Part shown: positions 1-9,002 of the stretch, one piece after another | How positions within the stretch are numbered: position 1 is the first letter of the stretch | How the letters are laid out: every line of letters begins with the position of its first letter | Virus record (IMG/VR): IMGVR_UViG_3300045988_152778 | Span: 1-64,000 of that record | Length of the DNA stretch: 64,000 nt | Source of the DNA: a virus | Direction: 5' to 3' (one strand) | The notes under the pieces: model-generated | Database searches by the model: none | What the model was told of the DNA's origin: nothing | What the model saw: the letters and a program-made list of their open reading frames with translations, nothing else | Made by a program: the position numbers and the translations under genes

Positions 1-92
1 TCGTGCTGACAATACTCGGAGGGCAGCCTCCCGGGAAGATAAGTCGACGCCGACACAAATTACCGCCCACTAATACTGGGCGGTAGTAACAT

Positions 93-168
93 TCCTCCTT
101 AGCTCAGTCGGTAGAGCATGCGGCTGTTAACCGCAGGGTCGTTGGTTCGAGTCCAACAGGGGGAGCCA
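93..168 (+). tRNA. tRNA-Asn (anticodon GTT), 76 nt with encoded CCA
   Basis: Cloverleaf read directly from sequence. Acceptor TCCTCCT/AGGGGGA (one G-U pair). D-arm GCTC-AGTCGGTA-GAGC. Anticodon stem TGCGG/CCGCA with loop CTGTTAA, giving anticodon GTT. T-arm GTTGG-TTCGAGT-CCAAC. Discriminator G then CCA. Confidence 0.9.
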
Positions 169-252
169 TCTCAGAAGCCTTGAGCCTCAACGGGTTCAGG
201 GCTTTTCCCTTTTCTAAAATAGCTCGAAATTCCCATGTGTCTAACATTTTGT

Positions 253-1407
253 CTAACACGCCCGAGCTAAAGTTTCGCGAATAATTTCAGAGGTCATCTT
301 TTTCCTCGACAAATCAAGGTGTCCATATATATTACAAGTCATCTTTATATCGGCGTGACCCATCCAATCTTGGACGTCCTTGAGCGAACAACCTTTGGCG
401 AGAAGAAGGCTCGCACAACTATGTCTCAGGTCGTGGAATCTTATATGCGGGAGATCATATTTTCTCAATAGGTCTCCGAATTTGTGCGATATATATGACG
501 GGTCATACATTGCGCCATTCGCCCATTTGAAGATATAATCATTCTCCACATAGGCGTCTCCAAAGAACTCTCTGTTCTTCTGTTCCTCTTCTTTGAGCTG
601 AAGCAGTAGCTCTCTAATTTCAGGAAACAGCGGAAACGACCGATAACTTGATTTGTTTTTGGTTTTGTCTTTTTCGACAACCTTGGTTGACATAGAGACC
701 GTGTGGCGTATAAGGATAGTATTTGTGTCAAAATCAATGCTTTGCCACTGTAGACCCAAAACCTCACTGCGCCGCAGTCCATACATGACTGTAGTTTGGA
801 TGAGTGGATGCAAAGGTTCGCCCTTTATGGTCTCAAGCAGAGTGTTAATTTCACTGGCGTTATACCACTCATACTCCCGTCTCTCAAGTTTTGGGAGTCT
901 CACGAGTTCACAAGGATTAGACCTTATGAGCTTATGCCGCATAGCCTCCTTAAAGGCAAGCTGAAGAACATTCTTGTGCAGACGAAGGGTTTTAGGTGAT
1001 AGACCGCCATTCCCATCTTTTCTGCCGTGGGTCGCCTTATAGTCAAAATATTGCTGTATATTGTCAAGGCTGGCATCCACTAATTTTATTTTGTGTTCCT
1101 CAAAATACGGTTGAACATGAGAATCGACTATAACCTTATAACCGTCCCACGTTACAGTGTCTATGAAGGGTTTCGTCTCCGTGAGCCACTGGTCTAAGTA
1201 GTCCGAGATAAGTATATTGGGTTCATAAATCAGCTGAGCACTTTCATACTCGCTAATTATTGACCGCATAGCCGCCTCAGCTTTACGCAGATTATTCTTT
1301 ACTTCATAACCTGTGTAAACCCACTTCTGCTTACGCTTTCCAGTGTTGTCTACGAAATTCAGAACGGCATAATATTTGCCGCGTTTTGCTTGCAAGCTTC
1401 CTGTCAA
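253..1407 (-). CDS. int: Tyrosine-type site-specific integrase (phage integrase family)
   Basis: 384 aa. C-terminal catalytic region HDLRHSCASLLL...GHADIKMTCNIYGHL carries the R..H..R..Y signature of tyrosine recombinases. Lies directly beside the tRNA with its 3' end facing the tRNA. Confidence 0.9.
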   Translation of the reverse strand: MTGSLQAKRGKYYAVLNFVDNTGKRKQKWVYTGYEVKNNLRKAEAAMRSIISEYESAQLIYEPNILISDYLDQWLTETKPFIDTVTWDGYKVIVDSHVQPYFEEHKIKLVDASLDNIQQYFDYKATHGRKDGNGGLSPKTLRLHKNVLQLAFKEAMRHKLIRSNPCELVRLPKLERREYEWYNASEINTLLETIKGEPLHPLIQTTVMYGLRRSEVLGLQWQSIDFDTNTILIRHTVSMSTKVVEKDKTKNKSSYRSFPLFPEIRELLLQLKEEEQKNREFFGDAYVENDYIFKWANGAMYDPSYISHKFGDLLRKYDLPHIRFHDLRHSCASLLLAKGCSLKDVQDWMGHADIKMTCNIYGHLDLSRKKMTSEIIRETLARAC

Positions 1408-1684
1408 TTAAATAATCTCCTTTCTGTAGTCCGCTTGCTGTTGTACGGTCATTTTAGCACAACAGCGCAAAATGTCAACTACCGGCAGAAAGAAAATTTT
1501 CAATACTCTTTTTAGTGATTAAGTAGCTTGTACCTATACGAACAGAGGGAATAGTGCCGTTATGTACAAGGTCATACGCAGCCTTTCTTCCTATTCGCAA
1601 CATTGTCTGCATCTCTTTAACAGTTACCACATCAGGATAATTGTCAAACAATCAAATCATTCCATTTCCTTTAAATTTTATCAA

Positions 1685-1834
1685 TCAATCAGTAACCACG
1701 AGCACAATAGAAGGTCCACTCGCTACAATTTCATCATCTCTATATGGCTCTACTATTGTCGCCTCTACACCCTCGCGCTTTTTAAGTTCTTCCACGAGGT
1801 CTTTTGTGGATATCTCAGTAAGAGAATAACTCAT
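1685..1834 (-). CDS. Small acidic hypothetical protein (49 aa) just upstream of int
   Basis: ATG preceded by AAAGGAG at 9 nt. Translation MSYSLTEISTKDLVEELKKREGVEATIVEPYRDDEIVASGPSIVLVVTD. Not in the ORF track (<60 aa). Position fits an excision-accessory gene, but its acidic composition is atypical for an excisionase. Confidence 0.4.
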   Translation of the reverse strand: MSYSLTEISTKDLVEELKKREGVEATIVEPYRDDEIVASGPSIVLVVTD

Positions 1835-2093
1835 TTAGCACACTCCTTTGCTTCGCACCATTTTGCCGATGTCGGCAATTTGGTTAATATAAGATTTTAT
1901 CAGTGCCCTGCGGGAACTGTCTACTCCTCATCAGTGGAGCGACTTTCTACCCGCAGGGTCTTTTAGTTCCCGCCGCGAGTTCACGGCTTCGTAAACCCTA
2001 CGACTCGTCTACCGCTTATGGTGCGGCGCATCCTCGTAGAGCGTAATCAGTAACTGCATAACCGCCATTATTGCAGTTTGCAAAAAAGTATCG

Positions 2094-2198
2094 TTATATC
2101 ACGCCGAGGCTCGCGAGCAGCTGGATAATTGCTACAATAGCAATACCACCAGTGAGAGCAAAGACGTTTAAAAAGTTGTAGATCAATGCAATCAGCAT
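2094..2198 (-). CDS. Possible small hydrophobic peptide (34 aa)
   Basis: ATG preceded by AAAGGAGAG. Translation MLIALIYNFLNVFALTGGIAIVAIIQLLASLGVI is a single predicted transmembrane helix. Speculative. Confidence 0.25.
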   Translation of the reverse strand: MLIALIYNFLNVFALTGGIAIVAIIQLLASLGVI

Positions 2199-2210
2199 AA
2201 TATCTCTCCT

Positions 2211-2501
2211 TTACAGGTCGGCGTAGTCGGGCTCAGTGCTCGGGAAGAACGCTACACCCGGCACGAACTTAATAACATCCGACGGCTCCGGCACACACAT
2301 CTCTCCCGTTACCGGGTGTCGGTAAGGCTTCGGCTTACGCCTAACCTTCTGAAATGTACCAAAACCATATATTGACAGCTTATCTCCATCGTTAACGACC
2401 TTGGAGATAGCGTTGCACACTGCATTAATGCAGAACTCTGAATCACCGAGGGTGAGAGAGTTATCTTTCGCCACAAGTCTTATAAGTTCCTTGCGATTCA
2501 A
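2211..2501 (-). CDS. HU/IHF-family histone-like DNA-binding protein (96 aa), TTG start
   Basis: Translation ..NRKELIRLVAKDNSLTLGDSEFCINAVCNAISKVVNDGDKLSIYGFGTFQKVRRKPKPYRHPVTGEMCVPEPSDVIKFVPG matches the HU fold consensus (GFGxF...R.GRNP.TGE...I.....V.F..G). The ORF-track ORF 2211..2627 overlaps the upstream gene. A TTG at 2501 preceded by AAAGGAAG gives a canonical HU length. Confidence 0.8.
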   Translation of the reverse strand: MNRKELIRLVAKDNSLTLGDSEFCINAVCNAISKVVNDGDKLSIYGFGTFQKVRRKPKPYRHPVTGEMCVPEPSDVIKFVPGVAFFPSTEPDYADL

Positions 2502-2520
2502 ATTATCTTCCTTTCTTTCC

Positions 2521-3504
2521 TCAAAAGGCGACAAGCTTCGTCGCCGACTCAATGTTATAACCATCTTTATCGAGACACACATAAATACAGCCCTGCTGCT
2601 GAGAGTTAACCAACGCGCCGTCACCATATCTCATTTTCTGTGTCTCACACGCCGCACCCTGCTCATACATAGTGGTGTTTCCGATTTTATACGAACCGAG
2701 CCTGTGCGTATGCGCCATTACAAGGCAGTTGAAATCATACCCTTCATTGCGGAACCACAGCACAGCTTTCTCCGCCGTCTTCATAGGTGAACTGCTAAAA
2801 GCCTTCGGGTGAACAAACATTACATGACCTATCTGCGAAAACCACTCGCCAGTATAAACGACTTCGATATCATCGAATGTCTCACGAAGCGGCTCAAACC
2901 ACGTCTTAATATGATTGCGACGGTCGTAATGATAGAAGCCATCAACGAAGATGTAGTCCAGTGCCGTCTCAGGCATAAGCTCCTGAAGGTCTGAATCGAG
3001 GTGGTTGGCGAGATATGCTCCGAGGCGAAGCTCATGGTTGCCGTAGTTTGCGATGACCTTCTTCGGTTTTATGTAGTCAATAAGGTCTATAATGTACTGC
3101 CGACCCTCAACCAGTTCCTCGATACACGGTATGCGATACGACTTCGAGAATTTGGATATCGACTGACAATCAAATATATCTCCGTTGAGCTGTAGGATGT
3201 CTACACGCCCGACATACTTTGAAAATGTCTCTATAGGCTTTGCGAACGGGAAGTGCAGGTCTGATATAGACAGAACCCTCGTCGCCACGCCGCGCTCAGC
3301 TATCTCACGTTCATAGTTGCGACCGCGATTGAAAGCGGCAAATTCTTTTCGATAAGCACTCTCGCCGAGCGTCTGACCGCTTTCTGTATTGAGCAACTCG
3401 GCTATCTGGTCGCAAGTGAGACCATAAATTTTCTTGTTGTCGAAGAGCCGAACGAAGTAGTCAACATAGGACTCTCCGCTCTGCTTCTTAGCGAAGTCTT
3501 CCAT
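2521..3504 (-). CDS. Calcineurin-like metallophosphoesterase (327 aa)
   Basis: Metallophosphatase motifs D-x-H (SISDLHFP), GDIFD and GNHE (VIANYGNHELR), plus a later AHTH. Lies between the HU-like gene and the putative RNA polymerase. Confidence 0.75.
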   Translation of the reverse strand: MEDFAKKQSGESYVDYFVRLFDNKKIYGLTCDQIAELLNTESGQTLGESAYRKEFAAFNRGRNYEREIAERGVATRVLSISDLHFPFAKPIETFSKYVGRVDILQLNGDIFDCQSISKFSKSYRIPCIEELVEGRQYIIDLIDYIKPKKVIANYGNHELRLGAYLANHLDSDLQELMPETALDYIFVDGFYHYDRRNHIKTWFEPLRETFDDIEVVYTGEWFSQIGHVMFVHPKAFSSSPMKTAEKAVLWFRNEGYDFNCLVMAHTHRLGSYKIGNTTMYEQGAACETQKMRYGDGALVNSQQQGCIYVCLDKDGYNIESATKLVAF

Positions 3505-3511
3505 CAGCGGC

Positions 3512-3691
3512 TCACCTCCACGGTTCGTGGCGAAGCTTCTTTAGGTAGCGCATCACCTTAAAGCCCTCGGTGCAGTAGTATGTTTTCTTTCGACTGGGAG
3601 CGTAGCGGTTCGTTACCGTTATATGCGTTCCCGGAAACTTCTTTCTAATCTTAAAAGCTTCCTCCTGCGAGATTTTAACTATATAAACCAT
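3512..3691 (-). CDS. Small basic hypothetical protein (59 aa)
   Basis: ATG with an adjacent AAAAAGGAA. Translation MVYIVKISQEEAFKIRKKFPGTHITVTNRYAPSRKKTYYCTEGFKVMRYLKKLRHEPWR. Fills the gap between the 893-aa gene and the phosphoesterase. Confidence 0.35.
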   Translation of the reverse strand: MVYIVKISQEEAFKIRKKFPGTHITVTNRYAPSRKKTYYCTEGFKVMRYLKKLRHEPWR

Positions 3692-3858
3692 TCCTTTTTA
3701 TTAATTTGGAGCGAGTTTTCTTACCCCTCTCCTATTGTAACCGCACGGGACGCCCCTAAAATTTGTCGCATAATACGGCTATTTTAGGGGGTCGTTTATC
3801 CCGTTTGGGTCGGATTTTAGCCTATTTTTTGTAAATTTTTGCGTGATTTGTTGTCAAT

Positions 3859-6540
3859 TTACGCGAAATATTTATATCGAGTGTATCTCTTTCCATATAG
3901 CTCAACATCACCCTCGTCGTCTTCTGCGAGCAGTCCGATAGGTTCTGCACCCGCTTCGAGAACCTCATAGAACGAGGTGTTGGGGTAGCCAAAGAGTATG
4001 TTAAATATCTTACGCTGAATCTGAGAATAACGAGGTTCTTCTATCTGGCGCAGGAGGTAGACCATATCGCTCTTGGTGAACGACATATTGCCCACATACT
4101 CTACGCACTCCTGCCTGATATCACAACACTGCATCTGTTTGACGGAAGATTCTATGTCCGAAGCATACACACTCTTTATCTCATTTGTCATGTCTGTTAC
4201 GGCATTGATGACGCGGATGACTTTCTCGTACTGTCTACGATGAACATCTATGCCGTTACCCACAAGAGCAGAGAAGGGAAGATACTCCTGCTTCTTTCCT
4301 ATCTCTTCTCTCTGAGCCCTGTACGAGTTAATACAAGTCTGCACATGATCCATGGTCGTCAAATGCTTCTTGTAATTCTTTCGCTTGCGGTCATAGTAAC
4401 CTTTGCCGATATCCTTCGCCTTGAAGAAGTTAGGTTTAATGGCTCTTCCGTCGTCGCCCTCAATCTTATATTTATCACGCAGTCGGCGAAGCTCCTTAGC
4501 ATTATTGATATTGAACTCTTTCTTTGCCTTGTCGATTTCAATGCCGCTCATAATATTCAAGATACATACATCTTTATATATTTCCTCAATATCACTATAA
4601 CTGCCGCCACGATTGAGGACATCCCATATGCGGGTATTGAGCTCCTGACTGAGGTTGATGATATCGCCTATAAGATTGTTGCTCGTTTTAACATCAAGGT
4701 CAACCTGCTCGTCGTGAGTATATCTGCGTTTTTTCTTAACGGACGAGACATCCGGAACTGCTATCAAAAACTTACCTTCGTTCTTAAGCGCGGCATTGAT
4801 AAGGTGAAGATTATCCGTAACAAGCGAGGTATCTGAATCAAAATCGCAGCCCGATAATTCGTTTAAGACATTTTCGCCAATACTGTTTATACAGACTATC
4901 TCGTTCGTCAGATTAAAGTAGCGGTCGATCTCGCTACACTCCACATTCGTCGGAACCCACACATTGCTCATTGAGATATGGGGGCTGCGCGAACCTACGA
5001 GCCTCTGCCCATACCCGAACCTCTTCGTATGTATGTTGCCAACACCCAGCACCGACACGCCGTCGAACTTGCCGATGCTCGCCTGTAACATCTCGATTGG
5101 ATTGCCAAACAAGGTTTCGTAATTACCCTCGACAAGCACATGACCGAGCCTAAGATTTTTTGTAAAAGACTTAAGAATATCTATCTTGAAGTCATGATAA
5201 AGCTTCGTCTGCGCAAATCTGTCATTGAGACCGAGAAGCTTATATACAACATCATTCTTCGACTCGGCAGGGGAGATATCAAATTCGTCTTCTATCGGAT
5301 ATTTGATATGGTAGCGCAGAACTGCGGGGTCTGTTCTGATAGCTGTCATATAGTCAAATGTCTCCTTAAGGAACGCCGCCGTCTCAGCCTTGTCCATCTG
5401 CAAGCTGTTGAGAAGCTGATAGTGCGTCTGCACCATGCGTCCATCAAAGAAGTGAGTTGGCTTATCATACTTAACAACGCCAAAAGTATTGTCGATGTGC
5501 TTCATCCAATCGTTTATCGTCCCGAACTTCAGATACTTGATGCTGCTCGGCGTGGTTACTATCTTTATATCTTCCACACGCTTCGCTTTAGTGTAGCCCT
5601 TTAGCTGGCTTACCTCTGTTATGCCGTGGTCGGCAAACCACTGCTGCAAGTTTGTATTGAAGCAACAGCATTTAAAGAAGAGGTTGCGGAGTAGTATCAT
5701 GCCCTTATCGCTGTATTTGCCCATAGCTGATATATCTATAAGCCCCTGTCCGTCCCAGATAGAGTTGGTTATCTGCTCGTCTTTTTCTTCGGCGATTAGG
5801 TGGTCGCCATCTTCGCTGACGGACATAACCTTATCGAAGAATTTGCTCTCGTAGTCGTCTATCACGAGAATGTTCTCGGGGTTTATTTCCAGTATATCAA
5901 TAATAGAGCTTGACGGCAGAGAGATATACGACTCAAGCGCAGCAAGGTCTACCTCCTCACCCTCGGCGACTTTCAGTCCACACATCTCCCACTTGTGCAT
6001 ACGAGCATACAGCTTCTCGTCAATAAAGAGACACTTGCCAACGCGAGAACTGCCGCTTGACCTCTTCCACCTGACATACCTTACTCCATTACACACAAAG
6101 CCGTCATTATACAGTGTCCTGCGCAGCTCCGCTGTGCTCTTCAGCGTCTTAGGTGTTTTGATAAGCGTGTATACGCCACCTTCAAAACCGAAGTATTTAC
6201 CGAGCACCTCGTCAGATACCGGATATTCCACAGGCTGTCCAAGTATTATTCCCACCAGCTCGCCGTCTTTTATAGCCACGCAGTCATTGAAGTTAAGGTC
6301 TGAGTCTTTATGTCCAAAGCGAATATACCTATTTCTGCCGGCTTTATTAAACTCCGCCACCGAGTATTTAAAGGTTACATTTATTACGCGCGAGGTATAC
6401 TCTTTCTTTCTTCCGTAAAAACTGAAGTTAGTGCGGCGGTACACTTTCTCATAAACCTCGCGCAGTTTTATCTGATCTAAACTGTAATCGAGTGTGTTGG
6501 CATATCGTCTATAATTGACCTTGCCGTCTTTATCCACCAA
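3859..6540 (-). CDS. Large (893 aa) protein; candidate YonO-like single-chain two-barrel RNA polymerase
   Basis: No Walker motifs. Contains RSPHISMSNVWVP...(about 35 aa)...CDFDSDTSLV. This resembles the beta-prime double-psi-beta-barrel segment RQPSLHRMSIQAFEP...NADFDGDQMAVH of multisubunit RNA polymerases and the DxDGD motif of YonO/QDE-1-type polymerases. An HU-like gene is adjacent, as yonN is to yonO in Bacillus prophage SPbeta. The assignment rests on motif resemblance only. Confidence 0.45.
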   Translation of the reverse strand: MVDKDGKVNYRRYANTLDYSLDQIKLREVYEKVYRRTNFSFYGRKKEYTSRVINVTFKYSVAEFNKAGRNRYIRFGHKDSDLNFNDCVAIKDGELVGIILGQPVEYPVSDEVLGKYFGFEGGVYTLIKTPKTLKSTAELRRTLYNDGFVCNGVRYVRWKRSSGSSRVGKCLFIDEKLYARMHKWEMCGLKVAEGEEVDLAALESYISLPSSSIIDILEINPENILVIDDYESKFFDKVMSVSEDGDHLIAEEKDEQITNSIWDGQGLIDISAMGKYSDKGMILLRNLFFKCCCFNTNLQQWFADHGITEVSQLKGYTKAKRVEDIKIVTTPSSIKYLKFGTINDWMKHIDNTFGVVKYDKPTHFFDGRMVQTHYQLLNSLQMDKAETAAFLKETFDYMTAIRTDPAVLRYHIKYPIEDEFDISPAESKNDVVYKLLGLNDRFAQTKLYHDFKIDILKSFTKNLRLGHVLVEGNYETLFGNPIEMLQASIGKFDGVSVLGVGNIHTKRFGYGQRLVGSRSPHISMSNVWVPTNVECSEIDRYFNLTNEIVCINSIGENVLNELSGCDFDSDTSLVTDNLHLINAALKNEGKFLIAVPDVSSVKKKRRYTHDEQVDLDVKTSNNLIGDIINLSQELNTRIWDVLNRGGSYSDIEEIYKDVCILNIMSGIEIDKAKKEFNINNAKELRRLRDKYKIEGDDGRAIKPNFFKAKDIGKGYYDRKRKNYKKHLTTMDHVQTCINSYRAQREEIGKKQEYLPFSALVGNGIDVHRRQYEKVIRVINAVTDMTNEIKSVYASDIESSVKQMQCCDIRQECVEYVGNMSFTKSDMVYLLRQIEEPRYSQIQRKIFNILFGYPNTSFYEVLEAGAEPIGLLAEDDEGDVELYGKRYTRYKYFA

Positions 6541-6940
6541 CGAATAACCTGCGTCGGGGTATAGCTCATTTGTTATGTATATATCCTTAGCGTCGATACC
6601 CGGTATATATATTGTATTACCTATAGTTAATTCTCCTCATCCATATCCGTATTTATGGCTTGATTTCCATAGTCTATGTAAGCGACCTCATCCCAACTGC
6701 CGTGGCAGGGGTAGTCGTTGTCGTCGTTGCCGCAGCAGTTAATCCACGGGCAACCCTCACAAAATCCTCTGTTCAACTTCTTTGTTTAATCCTTTCTTTA
6801 AAATGCCGTTCACACCTTTCCTTATATCAGCCATATCTCATTTCGTCCGAGTTTTGCTGTCTATATATTACAAACTTCGGTTTAAAGTGTCCCGGTAGGG
6901 TAGTTTATGCCCCGAGTTTCAATGTTTTATTTTTATGTAT

Positions 6941-7237
6941 TTAGCTTAGCCTTCTCCACTCTTCTCCATGATGAATGGTGCAGGTCTTTCCGCAAGTCGG
7001 ACAATCGTCAGCAATTACAACATGGTCGTCCTTAGACCACACCGCAACCCTCTTGCGTGAAGATATCCATTCTGTGTGGCAAGCGGAACACACGAAGCGC
7101 TCTTTATCGTTTACCATATCACTCTTCTTGGTTATGCGTCTGTGAGTGTGAGGCAGAGTTACTTCTAAAATAGAACCCACGATTGTACAAGACAGCAAAA
7201 TAAAAAAGACCAACATTGCTACCATCCCGTCTGTCAT
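6941..7237 (-). CDS. Small membrane-anchored zinc-ribbon protein
   Basis: 98 aa. N-terminal hydrophobic helix (MLVFFILLSCTIVGSIL) then CSAC....C..CGKTC Cys pairs. Confidence 0.5.
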   Translation of the reverse strand: MTDGMVAMLVFFILLSCTIVGSILEVTLPHTHRRITKKSDMVNDKERFVCSACHTEWISSRKRVAVWSKDDHVVIADDCPTCGKTCTIHHGEEWRRLS

Positions 7238-7452
7238 TATTTGTTGACCTCCTTATTAATAATACCATCTATCGTCTGCGCGACCTTAACGAAGTCTTCT
7301 TCCTTATAGCCCTTCGAGTATTTATTGGTTAAGCACGAACCAACCGCCTTTAGAACATTGTCACTAACAAAGCTCTCTAAAGCGATGAGTTCTATATTGT
7401 GGGCTTGTCTTTCTTCTTCATCTCTTATGTACTTAAATACTTTTGATCCCAT
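7237..7452 (-). CDS. Hypothetical protein (71 aa)
   Basis: ORF with codon usage like its neighbours; start/stop overlaps the neighbouring gene. Confidence 0.4.
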   Translation of the reverse strand: MGSKVFKYIRDEEERQAHNIELIALESFVSDNVLKAVGSCLTNKYSKGYKEEDFVKVAQTIDGIINKEVNK

Positions 7453-7470
7453 TCACTTAACCGCCTTTAT

Positions 7471-7809
7471 TTATTTTGTACTGTTTGATTTTCTTTCTTT
7501 TAACTTGCAATAATTTGGTGTGTCTTTAAGCATGTTAACCATATTTTCTTTACTAATTTCACACGGCTGTGGAAACGGCATCCAGTGTGTTACACAAATA
7601 GGCTGTCCTTCATCCCAATCATTTAAAGTATCAAAACCATATTCTCCATTTGCAGCTGGAATATAACCACCGCACCCTACAAGCCCTTCACATACTTTGA
7701 CACGCAGATCCGTCATTTTACCATGACTTTCATCTTCAAGTACCATAATCAAACAACTATCATTCGGAAATTCTGGCTTTTCATCAAATACACTAATCCA
7801 TTTATCCAT
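7471..7809 (-). CDS. DUF551-family phage protein
   Basis: 112 aa ending ...ICVTHWMPFPQPCE, which matches the W-x-P-L-P-x-P signature of DUF551 proteins common in prophage accessory regions. Confidence 0.6.
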   Translation of the reverse strand: MDKWISVFDEKPEFPNDSCLIMVLEDESHGKMTDLRVKVCEGLVGCGGYIPAANGEYGFDTLNDWDEGQPICVTHWMPFPQPCEISKENMVNMLKDTPNYCKLKERKSNSTK

Positions 7810-7822
7810 TAGTTCACCTCCC

Positions 7823-8588
7823 TCACGCGCATACCATAGGTGCGCCGATAAACCCCTTTTCTACAAGCTTCTTATGAAAGAATTGTTTGCCCTCCGGGGT
7901 GAAGAACACCCTTATCTTCACAATATCAGATTTCGTGTACCAGTCCTTGGTCTCGAATAAACCCTCGTTGCTCTTCTTGGCGTAAGGGCGAAGCTGCTGA
8001 GCGGGAGTACGGTATAGATATTTTTCATCTATCAGAAAGTTAACGAACTTACGCTCAGAGATACCAAGTTCTTTGGCGGTGTCTCGAAGCCCTGTACATT
8101 TATTAGGGGCTAACAAACGTATCATAGAAGTCCGCCTTGGGCTGAGCGACATCGAGCTTTGATTCCAAGACGTTCGTTTTGTCACGCAGCTTAAGAAGCT
8201 CTTCTGCAAACGCAAACATGACATTGGGGTCTTTCTGACATTTAGCGAGAAGCTCATCGGTCATGTAGCCGCCCGTCTTACGAATGGCGGGAAGGATATC
8301 TGCTGTAACCCAGCGTTTAAAAGCTTTGGCATTAGGGAGCTTGCTCGAAATGATGAGACTGTAAAGACCCGATTCATTGATAATAGCCATTTCCTGTGCT
8401 CCACCAAGGGTGTCACATTTCGTTACACCCTTATCCTCGGTGTCTACATGGTCTATCATTGCTTTGCGTGGATTACTATACCCGAGCACCGCAGCCACAT
8501 CTTTTCCCACAAACCACAGCTCGCCGTCAATAGTTATGGTGCGGATTTCTCCAAATTCCTCATTGTTAAATGCTGTCAGTTCATTCAT
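7823..8588 (-). pseudogene. Bro-N/KilA-C phage antirepressor disrupted by a +1 frameshift (Bro-N part 8103..8588; KilA-C remnant about 7823..8102)
   Basis: Frame 1 reads MNELTAFNNEEFGEIRTITIDGELWFVGKDVAAVLGYSNPRKAM... (Bro-N) and ends ...KADFYDTFVSP-TAA. A +1 frame continues NKCTGLRDTAKELGISERKFVNFLIDEKYLY... (KilA-C). The break lies at CCC TAA T after a C4 run. An intact paralog sits at 28903..29706. Confidence 0.75.
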
Positions 8589-8699
8589 TTCATTTTCTCC
8601 TTTATTTATAATGTTAAAATTTGCAAATGGGGGTAACTTTTCGTTACACCGCCTCTATCATTACGAGACTATCGGACATTTTTGTCCAATAGGTCTGCC

Positions 8700-9002
8700 T
8701 CACTTCTCCGCTCTGTACTTCGCTAACGCCGCCGTCGCCTTGCGTTTCTGTTCTTCGGAAATGCTTCGAGCGGCGTTCTTTCTTATAGTAACTGCGGAAG
8801 GGATAGCCTTTAGAATCATCCCGCACACAGTGCCGTCGTCGTAAACCGTCTGCTCTATAGGAGTCCAACCCTTACGCAGCGCGGCATTGAAGTCTTTCGG
8901 AACGGTGCTGTCCATTACCCAGCCGTCGCCACTTCTATATATGTGCGTCTCTCGCTCACTCACAGATATCTTACTCGTAATCGTCTTCGTCTTTATCGCC
9001 AT
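8700..9002 (-). CDS. Hypothetical protein (100 aa)
   Basis: ORF MAIKTKTITSKISVSERETHIYRSGDGWVMDSTVPKDFNAALRKGWTPIEQ...; overlaps the upstream gene end by about 30 nt. Confidence 0.4.
   Translation of the reverse strand: MAIKTKTITSKISVSERETHIYRSGDGWVMDSTVPKDFNAALRKGWTPIEQTVYDDGTVCGMILKAIPSAVTIRKNAARSISEEQKRKATAALAKYRAEK

Noticed and set aside
4240-5604. Several plus-strand ORFs (198, 154, 65, 60 aa) inside the 893-aa minus-strand gene
   Set aside because: They lie antisense to a long, well-supported ORF, have low-complexity or odd composition, and lack RBSs. They are overlap artefacts.
2521-6540. Interpreting the phosphoesterase + 893-aa protein as a Lamassu/Gabija-type defence system
   Set aside because: No SMC/ABC ATPase, helicase or Walker motifs are present in either protein, and the large protein has an RNAP-like acidic motif. 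A defence role cannot be excluded, but the polymerase reading explains more of the sequence.
6626-6900. Short minus-strand ORFs upstream of the 893-aa gene (25-aa MADIRKGVNGILKKGLNKEVEQRIL and a +1-frame 53-aa Cys-rich LNRGFCEGCPWINCCGNDDNDYPCHGSW...)
   Set aside because: No unambiguous start/RBS for the Cys-rich frame, and the two frames would need a frameshift to join. Too uncertain to call; could be a leader peptide or a degraded gene.
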